Source: Gammaproteobacteria bacterium
GTDB lineage: Bacteria > Pseudomonadota > Gammaproteobacteria > Ga0077536
Length of the DNA stretch: 64,000 nucleotides
Assembly (NCBI GenBank): GCA_963662545.2
Contig: CAXXLL010000003.1
Coordinates: 2,720,001 to 2,784,000, forward strand
Direction: 5' to 3'
Shown here in pieces: positions 20,776 to 30,421 of the stretch; positions within the stretch are counted from its first letter, which is position 1; every line of letters begins with the position of its first letter. The notes beneath the pieces are model-generated. The model was not told the DNA's origin. It saw only the letters and a list, made by a program, of their open reading frames with translations, and did no database searches. A program made the position numbers and the translations under genes.

Positions 20776-21339
20776 CTGCCAACAACTTCGATGCAGTCGG
20801 CGGCCTTAGTGTCGCCGCAACCGCGGTGCCGTTGCCGGCGAGCGCGCTGTTGCTCGCTCCTGCGCCCGGCTTCCTCGGCTTTCCCACGCGGCGTGCGGCA
20901 GCCGCCGCCTCGCCTGCGTGACAACCGGTGTGCTGTGCCTTGCCCCGCAAGGCCTCCTCTGCTTGCCGGGCTTCGGCTCGGCGTTTTTTTAGCCGCGGTA
21001 GCAGAGGGCGCATTTCGACATTCATCTCATGGGGGAAATGAACACGCTTGAATCGATTCGCACCGCCGGCATCCTCGCTGCGGCGCTCGCCGTGAGCGGT
21101 TGCGCAACCATGCTCGGCCCGGAGATATCGATTGCCAAACAAGCCAGTCTGGGGCGGTCCCCGAGACGCTGGCGAATGCCGGGTGGTGCCGGCAGTTAGC
21201 TGCAAATTCGTCGAGTACAATCGGGGCTGCCAGGCGTTTGTAGGTTAGGTAGTGTTGTTGTAACGATCGATATTCGCCGGTTTGCACGGCGGGACGTGTT
21301 AGGCAGGACTGTTTCTCAACTAAGTGTGACAGGGGTAGA

Positions 21340-23709
21340 TTGATGACTGGGATTGGCAAATCTGTACGGCGTAAGGAAGACCGGCGCTTTATCACGGGCG
21401 CGGGAACATACACGAGCAATGTCGACTATCCCGACCAGGCGTATCTCTATATCGTGCGTGCGCAAAATGCACATGCCCGGATACGTAACATCGACACATC
21501 GGCGGCACGGGCCGCCGAAGGTGTTGTCGCCGTCTACACTGCTGCGGATCTCCATGCCGGCGGGATAAGAGATATGCAGCCGGGCTGGATAATCTACAAC
21601 CCTGATGGGTCTCCAATGCATGAAGCTCCACGTGAAGCGTTGGCGGTTGAGCGCATCCGCTATGTCGGGCAGCCGGTAGCGGCTGTGATCGCTGAATCCA
21701 GTCTTCTTGCGAAAGACGCAGCCGAACTAATCGAGCCCGATCTTGAGGAATTACCTGCCGTTGTCAGCATAGCCGACGCGAACAGTGCGAATGCCCCGAA
21801 GATTTGGGACCACATCTCTGCTAACCAATGCTTCGAGTGGGTCATCGGCGATAGTGAAACGGTAGATGAGGTATTCGCGTCGGCAGCTCAAACTGTGGAA
21901 GCTGACATCGTTCAAAATCGCCTCGTGCCCAATGCGCTCGAACCGCGCGCTGTCGTCGCCACGCATGATGCAAACAACGATGAATTTACACTTCATGTGG
22001 CGCACCAGAATCCACATCTTTTACGGACTTGGACGTGCGCACATACGTTGCCGGTCCCGGAATCCAGGCTGCGGGTCATTTCGGCCGACGTTGGCGGTGG
22101 TTTTGGCTCCAAGATTTTTCAGTACTCAGAGGACCTGGTGGCTTTGTTTGCAGCTAAGGCTTTGGGTCGACCGGTGAAATGGGTGGCCGAACGTAGCGAA
22201 TCGTTCGTTTCCGACGCCCACGCCCGCGATCATGTAACTCATGCAAGCTTGGCGCTGGATTCCGATGGAAAGTTTTTGGCGCTGCGTGTCGATACTGATG
22301 CCAATTTGGGTGCTGCAATATCGAATTACGGTGCCGCCATTCCGACCGTTTTCTACGCCACCATGCTGTCGGGTGTTTACAAGATCCCGGCTATCGCAGT
22401 AAGAGTGCGCGGCATAATGACGAATACGGTGCCGACGGACGCATACCGTGGGGCCGGACGCCCGGAAGCAACGTATGTGCTCGAACGTCTGGTCGATCTC
22501 GCTGCGGAGGCGACCGGTATCGATCGCATCGAGATTAGGCGACGAAATTTTATTCCGCTGTCGGCCTTCCCATACCAGTCGCCCTTGGGCCTCGTTTATA
22601 CCGAAGGCGCGTACGACCAATGCGTCGACGGCGCATTGGAAAACGCAGACATGAAAGGGTACGACGCACGCAAGGCGGCATCACAGGCCGCCGGCAAGCT
22701 GCGTGGATTAGGCGTAATCGTGTATACCGAGCAAGCTGGCGCGGCGCCTTCCCAGGCGGCGATCGCTTTCGGCGCGGGACACGCATTTTTTGAGGTTGCG
22801 ACGATCCGGGTAAATCCGGATGGATCGGTGCGCGTCCTTACCGGCGCACACAGCCACGGACAGAGTCACGAGACGACGTTTGCCCAAATCGTTTCGGATC
22901 AGCTTGGCCTGCCTCTGGACGAGATCGAAGTAATCCACGGTGATACCAATCAACTGCCGTTTGGCATAGGAACATTCGCATCACGCTCAATCAGTGCCGG
23001 CGGCAGCGCGGTGCTCTTAGGCACCGGGAAAATCATCGCCAAGGGCAAGAAGATCGCGGCACATATACTCGAGGGTGAGGCCGAGGACATCGAATTCATC
23101 GACGGCTTTTTCAAACTCAAGGATTCTGACCGTATCTTGTCATTCAAAGAGATTGCGCGCGAAGCGTATGTTCCGGGGAACTATCCGTTGGACCAGCTCG
23201 AGCCCGGGCTTGAAGAAACCACCTTCTTCGACCCACCGAACTTCACATTTCCTGCCGGCTGTCACATTTGCGAGGTCGAAATCGAACCGCAGACCGGCGA
23301 GACAAGGATCGATCGTTACACCGTCTGCGATGATTTCGGCGTGGTGGTCAATCCAATGGTCGTACACGGTCAGATCCATGGCGGCCTGGCGCAGGGCATT
23401 GGTCAGGCGCTTCTCGAAAATGCCGTATACGATGCTGATTCAGGCCAACTGTTGAGTGCGTCCTTCCTCGATTACGCTATGCCACGTGCGGATGATCTAC
23501 CCGCATTCGAAGTTTCGGAATTAGATACGTTCTCGATATCGAATCCACTAGGCGCTAAGGGTGCCGGTGAGGCGGGGACCATTGGTGCACCGATTACAGT
23601 CATGAACGCCATTTTCGATGCGCTCAAACCCGTCGGTGTCACCGACCTTTCAATGCCGGCAACACCCACGAAGATCTGGTCGGCTATTCAAGCGGCAAAC
23701 ACTGCCTAG
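21340..23709 (+). CDS. Xanthine-dehydrogenase-family molybdopterin-binding large subunit (form II CoxL-like)
   Basis: RRKEDRRFITG, VGGGFGSK, AYRGAGR (form II, not the form I AYxCSFR), GQSHET and KGAGEAG motifs. Confidence 0.9.
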   Translation: MMTGIGKSVRRKEDRRFITGAGTYTSNVDYPDQAYLYIVRAQNAHARIRNIDTSAARAAEGVVAVYTAADLHAGGIRDMQPGWIIYNPDGSPMHEAPREALAVERIRYVGQPVAAVIAESSLLAKDAAELIEPDLEELPAVVSIADANSANAPKIWDHISANQCFEWVIGDSETVDEVFASAAQTVEADIVQNRLVPNALEPRAVVATHDANNDEFTLHVAHQNPHLLRTWTCAHTLPVPESRLRVISADVGGGFGSKIFQYSEDLVALFAAKALGRPVKWVAERSESFVSDAHARDHVTHASLALDSDGKFLALRVDTDANLGAAISNYGAAIPTVFYATMLSGVYKIPAIAVRVRGIMTNTVPTDAYRGAGRPEATYVLERLVDLAAEATGIDRIEIRRRNFIPLSAFPYQSPLGLVYTEGAYDQCVDGALENADMKGYDARKAASQAAGKLRGLGVIVYTEQAGAAPSQAAIAFGAGHAFFEVATIRVNPDGSVRVLTGAHSHGQSHETTFAQIVSDQLGLPLDEIEVIHGDTNQLPFGIGTFASRSISAGGSAVLLGTGKIIAKGKKIAAHILEGEAEDIEFIDGFFKLKDSDRILSFKEIAREAYVPGNYPLDQLEPGLEETTFFDPPNFTFPAGCHICEVEIEPQTGETRIDRYTVCDDFGVVVNPMVVHGQIHGGLAQGIGQALLENAVYDADSGQLLSASFLDYAMPRADDLPAFEVSELDTFSISNPLGAKGAGEAGTIGAPITVMNAIFDALKPVGVTDLSMPATPTKIWSAIQAANTA

Positions 23710-23866
23710 TGTGCTGTCCCGTAATAAACTTCGATAAGTCGCGCAGGACTCGTGCCGCGATGCAAGGCGCGAGGAGGCGTCGTATCGGGAATACGGCAAC
23801 GACGAGCAACGCCGCAGCGTGGTGCGAGGACCAGCGAATTATGAAGGTTTATTACGGGACAGCACA
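23710..23866. mobile_element. MITE-like element (157 bp) flanked by CTAG
   Basis: Perfect 20-bp IRs TGTGCTGTCCCGTAATAAAC and GTTTATTACGGGACAGCACA; CTAG at 23706-9 and 23867-70; no transposase inside. Confidence 0.8.
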
Positions 23867-24182
23867 CTAGGGGCTGGATTGCAGGTAATTCGGAATATGC
23901 GGTCTGCGGATAGGAAGCATAACGCCCATCATCATCGCAATCGTCCCCCGTTGTGGGCGGCATCTCGGGCCGAGGAGCGAGTCCCGAGGTCGGATTGAGC
24001 CGTAGCATCTGGGCGACGAGTCACTCGTCGAGGTCGTCCAGTTAGGCATCTCCTTCTCAGCGGGGCAAATCATCGTGTGAGGCCGAGCGCCACCGACAGG
24101 ACCCGGTTCCGGATCTCACCGTTGCAAGCGCGAACCTGCTCCCCGACAAACGCGACGCCGCGCCAGGCTGATCGTCCCCCCC

Positions 24183-24794
24183 TCAACCCGACGCGCTGCG
24201 ACGCATGAGCGAGTGGAGGAGCATTTCGTAGAGCTCGTGGAATGCCTCCGAGATCGTCAGGTCCGTGGAATCGCTGAAGTCGGGTTCGCGCAATCGGTTG
24301 ATGCTGGCGAACACGATTTCGGCGACGAACGCCGGCTGCACCTCGCGGAAGACGCCGGCCTTGACACCGTTGTCGATGATCCGGCGCATGCCCTCGACGC
24401 GCAGGCTGATGTGCTCCTGCCAGATCGCCCGCGCGGGCTCCCATTCGTGGATGTCGGCGACCACAGCCTGGCTCAACCGCTCGGCGACACGCACCGCGAC
24501 CTGAAGATACTCGAACACCTGACGTTCTGGGTCCATGGTGTTATCGGTCGCATGGTCGGCTTCTTGCCTGATGCGGCTGAAGAAGTCATCCAGCACCTTC
24601 AGCACCAGCCTGTTCTTGCTCGGGGCGAGCTCATAGAGGGTGCGCTTCGAGCAGCTGAGACGCGCGGCGATCTCCGAGACGTTGAGCCGCGAGAACCCCT
24701 CGGCAAGGATGAGCGCTTCAAGTGCTTCGAGAGTCTCTGCGCTGCTCTTGCTGATCGGAGCGCTACGGGATTTACGGGGGAGCGTGGTCGGCAT
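24183..24794 (-). CDS. TetR/AcrR-family transcriptional regulator
   Basis: EGFSRLNVSEIAARLSCSKRTLY HTH. Confidence 0.9.
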   Translation of the reverse strand: MPTTLPRKSRSAPISKSSAETLEALEALILAEGFSRLNVSEIAARLSCSKRTLYELAPSKNRLVLKVLDDFFSRIRQEADHATDNTMDPERQVFEYLQVAVRVAERLSQAVVADIHEWEPARAIWQEHISLRVEGMRRIIDNGVKAGVFREVQPAFVAEIVFASINRLREPDFSDSTDLTISEAFHELYEMLLHSLMRRSASG

Positions 24795-24995
24795 GCTCGA
24801 ATTATATCCGAATGATTAACGCGGTCGCGTCGTCCGCCGCGGCATCGAAGCCCGATGAATTGTCCAGGGCCTTCTGGTCATTTCTCCGGGAACAGGGGAT
24901 CGGACAGATCGAAGAAATCGATCGAAATGCTCTTTTGGCCGCCCTCGGACTGATCCGCCGGGCGCGCGTGCGGACCGACTTGCTCCTCGCTGATC

Positions 24996-25397
24996 TCACC
25001 GAGCTGTGGCAGGCCCTTGCGCATCTTGTTGCCGGCCTCGACGACCTTCGCGTGGAGCTCGCCGCTGAACGGTACGCGATACGCGCGGCTCCGTGCCGCG
25101 CGGGCCGCTCGCCATGTCGGTCGCCCGCAGGAATATCTCGCCTTCCGCGCCGGTCGTCTTGTCCGGCTCGACCACGTAGATCGCGACGAGCTTGAAGCGT
25201 TTCGTGAGCTCGGCGCTCGTCGGCCACCCGAGCGGCGGCGGCAGGGAGAAATAGCTGACGAGGTAGAAAGCCGATACGACGACGACCATCAATGCTTTCG
25301 TCTTCCACGACCACGGGGTGTACAACAACAGCGCGGCGAGGAGCAGCGCGATGACGACGTAGGCCGCGACGAGACCCGATCGCCCGAGTAAGAACAC
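24996..25397 (-). pseudogene. Membrane hypothetical protein, probably frameshifted; third gene of the MotA/TolQ-like cluster
   Basis: Two TM helices and LGWP...VVEPDK, then a drift into a low-complexity frame. Confidence 0.5.
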
Positions 25398-25412
25398 GGT
25401 ACCGGTAATCTT

Positions 25413-26018
25413 TCAGAAGTTGATAATGCTTTTGAAAATGTGGCTAATCTGCCCGACGCGCCCGGACGTGTCGATCACGAAACGTACGGCGGTTTTCTCG
25501 TCGCCTTTCTCGTCGAGCAGCGTTTCGCCATTGTAAACGATTTCAAGTGCCGGATTGACCTTGTACACCTTCACCGTGGCGCTTACGGGCTGCCCCGTTT
25601 CCGTTGCGTAGTAGTGCAGATTGACGACGTATTCACCCGGCACGACGCCGCGCACGGTGACGAGTTCCTGGTTCAGTGGATTCAGGATTTCCTGGCCGTT
25701 GATGCTGATCCTGTCGTTGACTACGCCGCGGTCATCGCGGTCGAGGTGAATGAGCCCGGCCTCGCGATTGCGAAACCAAACGACGTTGCCGTTCGGGTCT
25801 TCGACCCAGGTGTCGATATCGTCCGGGTTGGAGTCGGGCCAGGTCACGGCGATGATGTATTCGGCTTTCGGATCGATGAGGCCTTTCTTCGCAACCGGGT
25901 TCATGAACATGATCGCGATCAGAAACAGGTAGGTGAACCCGAGCAGCGCATTGAACAGCAGATCCGTGAACGGATCCGAGCCGGTGCGCTTTCGATCCCA
26001 GGCATTCGTGTAGGCCAT
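25413..26018 (-). CDS. Single-TM hypothetical protein (ExbD/MotB-position partner)
   Basis: FTDLLFNALLGF TM with a conserved-looking Asp, then a periplasmic beta domain (DIDTWVEDP, LDRDDRG, GEYVVNLHYY). Confidence 0.7.
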   Translation of the reverse strand: MAYTNAWDRKRTGSDPFTDLLFNALLGFTYLFLIAIMFMNPVAKKGLIDPKAEYIIAVTWPDSNPDDIDTWVEDPNGNVVWFRNREAGLIHLDRDDRGVVNDRISINGQEILNPLNQELVTVRGVVPGEYVVNLHYYATETGQPVSATVKVYKVNPALEIVYNGETLLDEKGDEKTAVRFVIDTSGRVGQISHIFKSIINF

Positions 26019-26029
26019 GCCGACGTGTC

Positions 26030-26344
26030 TCAGCCGAGCGCGAGGCGCGACTGGGAAAGCCGCAGGATCTGCTCGAGCAGGATGTCGGCACCCTTTTCGA
26101 TCACGAGGTACTGCAGGCCGAGCAGAATGCTGCCAGTGAGCCCGGCAAGCGTGGTGAACAGCGCCGTGCCCATGCCGCCGAGGTACAGCAGGCCGATGAC
26201 GAGTGAGATGCGGCTGGGGTTGCCGGCGTCGAGTGCCTGCAGCAGCCCCTCGTTCCAGCTCACGACGAAACCGAATGCAATCACGCCCGTGATGAGCATC
26301 CACACGAGCATCAGCCAGTGCTTCTGATCCTGAATCATGGGCAT
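26030..26344 (-). pseudogene. MotA/TolQ/ExbB proton-channel-family protein, internally deleted
   Basis: GMGTALFTTLAGL...LGLQ C-terminal motif joined directly to the N-terminal TMs; only 104 aa. Confidence 0.65.
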
Positions 26345-26586
26345 TTCAGTCTCCGTCTTGTTCCAGCGTGAACATGACGATCTGCTTCAGCGTCGCGTTC
26401 ATGCGTCGCGCGAAATCGTTGACGCGCGGGTCAATGCGTATACGCGAATAATATTAGTGCCTACTAACATTTTTGGTGCCAGATCGAGTCAAATATTACC
26501 TGCGTATAAGCAGTATAAACAGGCTTTTCGTCCAGCAGCATCCCGTCGTCACGTTTGTCGGTGGCCGGTCTGACCCGCGAACGCCC

Positions 26587-27207
26587 TCAAACCGGTATTC
26601 CGGCGCCCGAATCTACCCCGGCCGCGGGTTCGCCTGTGCACGGTTCGCCGTGGCACCGGCCCACAGGCCAGCCGCCACCGTGGCCGCGCCGCTGGTGTCG
26701 CAGCGTGAAAACCTTGCGGCCCTGTTGCGGTCCGACCGCGATGCGGTACGTGATTGACGAACCCAGGAGCTCATCCATCGGCCCAGCCTCGAGGCCATCG
26801 CCGGCCAGATAGCTGTTCTGCGCGTCCCGCGTAAGCCACCCCTGCGGTTCGAGATCGCAGACATCCTGCATGCCAATCCGCGATGTCAGCATGTCCGCCG
26901 CTCGGACGAACTCCGCTGTCAGATCGAGACCGCTTACGCGACAGCCGAATTCCGCGGCCAGCGTGCGTGCAGGGCCGCTGATATCGCATCCGAGGTCGAG
27001 CACATGCATGTCCGCCCGCATACCGGCAAAAGCGGCGAGGTCACGGGTCGAGGCAATACCGCCGCCATGAAATTCGTCGAATGGCGTCCGGTCGCGGCGT
27101 TCGAGTCGTTCCAAGTCACGCCCCGCCACCCGCAGGCTGGCGAGAATCCGGGCGCAACTATCGGCGCTGCCGTAATGCTGCTCGACGGCGTGCTCAGGCG
27201 ACTCCAT
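26587..27207 (-). pseudogene. SAM methyltransferase 5' fragment fused to an IS91 transposase remnant
   Basis: DEFHGGG...VLDLGC...GPARTLA, then LEPQGWLTRDAQNSYL...SITYRIAVGPQQGRKVFTL. Confidence 0.75.
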
Positions 27208-27228
27208 CAGCCACCCGCCAGGCGTGGT

Positions 27229-27918
27229 TCAACGAAGGTAGTCATGCAGAACCTGGCCGTGTTCGAGCGCGCACGAGCTTTCGAAGAAGTAGCCCCCCTC
27301 AATGGATTTAATCGGAATGTCGGCCACGCGATCCGATGGCGATTCACCGAAGACGAGGGTGGCGGGGCCGCAATGCACATCTCCGATCTGCATGTTGGTC
27401 AGTGTGGTCGTGGTCAGTTGATCGACGTCAGGCGGGGCGCCGAGTGCGACGTTGGGGATGAACTTGCGCGTAACCCATTCGGTTGTGCCGCCCAGGTCTT
27501 CCGCAGGCATCATTGATTGCATGCGCATGGACGCGTCGATCACCGTGAACCCGCCGCGCTCAACCGTCGCGCGCACGACATCATCGGTGGTGTCGAGCGT
27601 CAGGCGGCCAAGTTTCTTGGGATACCCCCAGATTTCGCGCCCAGCGCCCATCGCGACGTCGCTATCCAGTATCATATAAATACTGAAGTTGACGAAGCGT
27701 CGATCGTAGGTTGCATGAGTGGAAATGTGCGCCTCGTAATAGCGGCCGACGCCAGAGCACAGGAAATCCACGACCTGGGCGAACATCAGGCTATCCTTGT
27801 TTGGTGTTAGCGGGGGCGGAACCAGTTGGCGCAGAACCTTGGGGTCTGTTTTGAACGCCACAGTGATCTGACTCATTTCGCGATAATGGAACGGCGGTTT
27901 GCCGTAAAGTTCGGACAA
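27229..27918 (-). pseudogene. Acetoacetate-decarboxylase-family gene, 5'-truncated copy
   Basis: GREIWGYPKK motif; lacks the first 18 aa and the RBS of the copy at 34147-34890. Confidence 0.75.
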
Positions 27919-28027
27919 GCTGGATTCTTGGGGACCCGGTGTTTATGCTTCCTATACTCCGCGCAGCAGATTGTCGATTTGGCAAAAAATGCCGGTTATG
28001 CTTATCCCTCCTAAAGGAGGGACCGCG

Positions 28028-28717
28028 ATGATTAAAGGCTATGCACTCATTCCCAAAAAACCGGAAATTAGTCTGGAGCAATTCCACCGTCATTGGCGCG
28101 AAGTGCATGCGCCATTGGCCCTGCGAATTAAGGCGCTTAAGCGCTATGTCCAGGCCCATCGAATCCCGGCTAAAGTCGAGGGTTTCTCGAATAGCCCTTA
28201 CGAAGGATTTGCGGAGATCTGGTTTGAAGATCTGCAAACAGGTCTGGATTTAGGAGGCGATCCTGATTACCTCAACGGTGCCTACCTTGATGAGCCTAAT
28301 TTTATATCTGACGAGGGCCCGTCTTTTTTGATGACACGGGAAAATGTCGTCGTTGCCGGACCTGAGCTTGCTAAAGACGCGCCCGGCGTCAAAGCTGTCG
28401 TGTTGGTCAAGCGTAAACGGGGCTTAACGGTGGCCGAGTATCAGGACTATTGGCGGACCGGACACGCCGCCCTGGTACCCAAAACGCCCGGGCTACAGCG
28501 CTATGTCCAAAGTCATGTCGCACCAGAAACCTACGAATCTGGCGCCCCGGCGTACGATGGTGTCGCCGAATTGTGGTGGCAAGATATGGCTGCGTTCGAA
28601 CGAGGCTGGCTGTCCGAGGAGGTGCAGGTTGAACAGTTTAAAGACGCGTCGAATTTCGTTGACTTTGAAACCTCGGTCGGCCTGCTGGTGGAAGAAACGC
28701 GGGTAATCTGGCCCTAG
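28028..28717 (+). CDS. EthD-family protein with two tandem domains
   Basis: Repeated F/Y..HW...HA.L...YVQ.H...YDG.AE.W; AAGGAGG RBS. Confidence 0.85.
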   Translation: MIKGYALIPKKPEISLEQFHRHWREVHAPLALRIKALKRYVQAHRIPAKVEGFSNSPYEGFAEIWFEDLQTGLDLGGDPDYLNGAYLDEPNFISDEGPSFLMTRENVVVAGPELAKDAPGVKAVVLVKRKRGLTVAEYQDYWRTGHAALVPKTPGLQRYVQSHVAPETYESGAPAYDGVAELWWQDMAAFERGWLSEEVQVEQFKDASNFVDFETSVGLLVEETRVIWP

Positions 28718-28929
28718 AAGGGCTGGGCACTGGTTCGAAGTTAATTAAAGCGGCATCGGATCGATGCGCGTCGAGCACTGATTAGGAACGCCGGCTTACT
28801 GCAACGGCCGCTCATTACCTAGGCGATGTTCGTGATAGATTTTTCTAGCCCAGCGTGACACTGGGTGTTTTTCGTATTGTTGATAGAAAGTATTAATTTG
28901 CGAATCGGGAATGTCGCGCCATGGAAATT

Positions 28930-29375
28930 GCGTGTTCTTAATCCGTGGGAAAGAGGATCTTGGTGGGGAAAAATCCAAGCCCCAGCATGCCGAGAAAGCG
29001 GCCGCTGTCACCGTCGACCAGGTACGCTTTGCCGTTCACGAGGCTGTACAGGTTGATATCGTTGACCCACACCCAATGGGGGCCGGCCTCGGCGAGAAGC
29101 CGCTCGCTCTTCTGGACATCGTGTTCGAGTTCGGCGAAAGCAATCGTGCTCGTGATGAGTAGGCCGCAGATAACGGCCAGCACTTTTCGCTCCATGGAGG
29201 TACGATCTCTATGTGATGCGGTCGCGATGCCCTCTGATTTTACCCTTATCTTACGGTTGTATACTGCTCCTGGTACTTCGGGTCCCGCAATCAGGACGAC
29301 AGATATGGAGCGTGAACGATGAGCGCGACCGCGCCAGGCCCTGGCAGCCAAGTTAAAGCGACCGCAGAGGGTCGC
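28930..29375. repeat. About 445-bp duplicate of the mauB 5' end and divergent promoter (other copy 31293-31734)
   Basis: Near-identical with small indels; contains a truncated MERKVLAVIC...ILFPTD ORF starting at 29195 on the minus strand. Confidence 0.9.
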
Positions 29376-29492
29376 TTTAATTGGGAAGATCCCCTGGGCT
29401 TGCACGATCAACTCAGTGAAGAAGAGCGCCTCACCCACGCTGCGGCCCGCCAGTTCTGCCAGGAACGTCTCATGCCGCGCATCCTCGAGGCG
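29319..29492 (+). pseudogene. Glutaryl-CoA/acyl-CoA dehydrogenase 5' fragment
   Basis: FNWEDPLGLHDQLSEEER...ARQFCQERLMPRILEA. Confidence 0.75.
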
Positions 29493-29856
29493 CCATGTTG
29501 CCGATGTTTACATAGGTTTCAGGCGTCTCGGGACTGATCTTCAGAACGTTATTGTAATCGCCGTAGCCGTCCTCAAAGTTCCCGTTCGCTACGCGGATTA
29601 CGCCGCGATTGATGAGCGTTGCGACGCGGTCTTTGAAACCCAAAGCTTCGGTTTCGAGCGCCCGGTCGCAGGGCTCCACATCGACCGTGCCAACGTCGCG
29701 CGTGGAGGCGGCGAATTGCGCCGACGTCGCACAGGTATGGGCATCTTCGCTACCCCCGATGACGGACATGGCCTGAGCAAACGCACTGCCAGGCGCGAGC
29801 GCGAGGAGGAATAAGCAGTAAGGCCAGAACTTGAGCATCATCTGCGGTCCCTGCAA
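29490..29856 (-). pseudogene. Secreted TPR protein, 3'-truncated
   Basis: Signal peptide, C...CDRAL, ATLINRGVI and YVNIGN TPR-like motifs. Confidence 0.6.
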
Positions 29857-29893
29857 TTAATTAGCGTACAGGGCACAGGGTAAGTTTTTACAG

Positions 29894-30421
29894 CTAATGA
29901 TCAGGCTCCGTCGCCACCCCGATGATCGCCGCATACGAGCAATTGACGACGGTATTGCCGTTCGCCGTGCACCAATTGATCTCACTACTCTTGGAGGGAT
30001 GATAAAGAGGCTCGACGCCCTCGGTGCGGGTGCAGCCGCAGCGTGGGCAGATCGTTTTGCCGCAGCAATCGTGATAGGAGATCACGTAATCTTTGTTATC
30101 GGCCGGGTTGCGGCACGTGCCGATCCAACTTATGACCGAAGGCTCAGTGCCGGGCGGGCAGCTGCCCGCCGTGCCGCCGCAACACGCGCATAGGAAGCCA
30201 GACATGCCGCAGTAGCGCCAATAGTCGCAGCTCGTCGGATCACCGGGATCCTCGGGGTTGCCCTTAGCATCGGTGGCGCCGCGGGCAACGGGCAGCAGTG
30301 GGTATGCGGCCGTACCCACGAGCACGGTCCCCAAGCGGGTGAGAAAACTGCGCCGCGACGTGCGGCTCGCGAGCGTGCGGGACATCCGCACCGACCAGCT
30401 ATCAAACCAGGACATCTTCAT
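29894..30421 (-). CDS. mauA: TTQ amine dehydrogenase light (beta) chain, MauA/AauA-like
   Basis: Tat signal SRRSFL, CDYWRYC, CACCGG, SWIGTC and YHDCCGK, plus a second Trp in INWC. Confidence 0.9.
   Translation of the reverse strand: MKMSWFDSWSVRMSRTLASRTSRRSFLTRLGTVLVGTAAYPLLPVARGATDAKGNPEDPGDPTSCDYWRYCGMSGFLCACCGGTAGSCPPGTEPSVISWIGTCRNPADNKDYVISYHDCCGKTICPRCGCTRTEGVEPLYHPSKSSEINWCTANGNTVVNCSYAAIIGVATEPDH

Larger units (their letters stand above)
26502..27918. repeat. 1417-bp direct repeat, copy A (oriIS-like end, IS91 remnant, methyltransferase and decarboxylase fragments)
   Basis: Matches 33420-34836 end to end; one substitution noticed. Confidence 0.95.

Noticed and set aside
21340-23709. 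True aerobic CO dehydrogenase (form I coxL)
   Set aside because: The active-site loop is AYRGAGR rather than AYxCSFR, and no cox accessory genes are adjacent
26451-26470. MarR-like operator ATATTAGTGCCTACTAACAT
   Set aside because: Imperfect palindrome with no cognate regulator nearby; too weak to call
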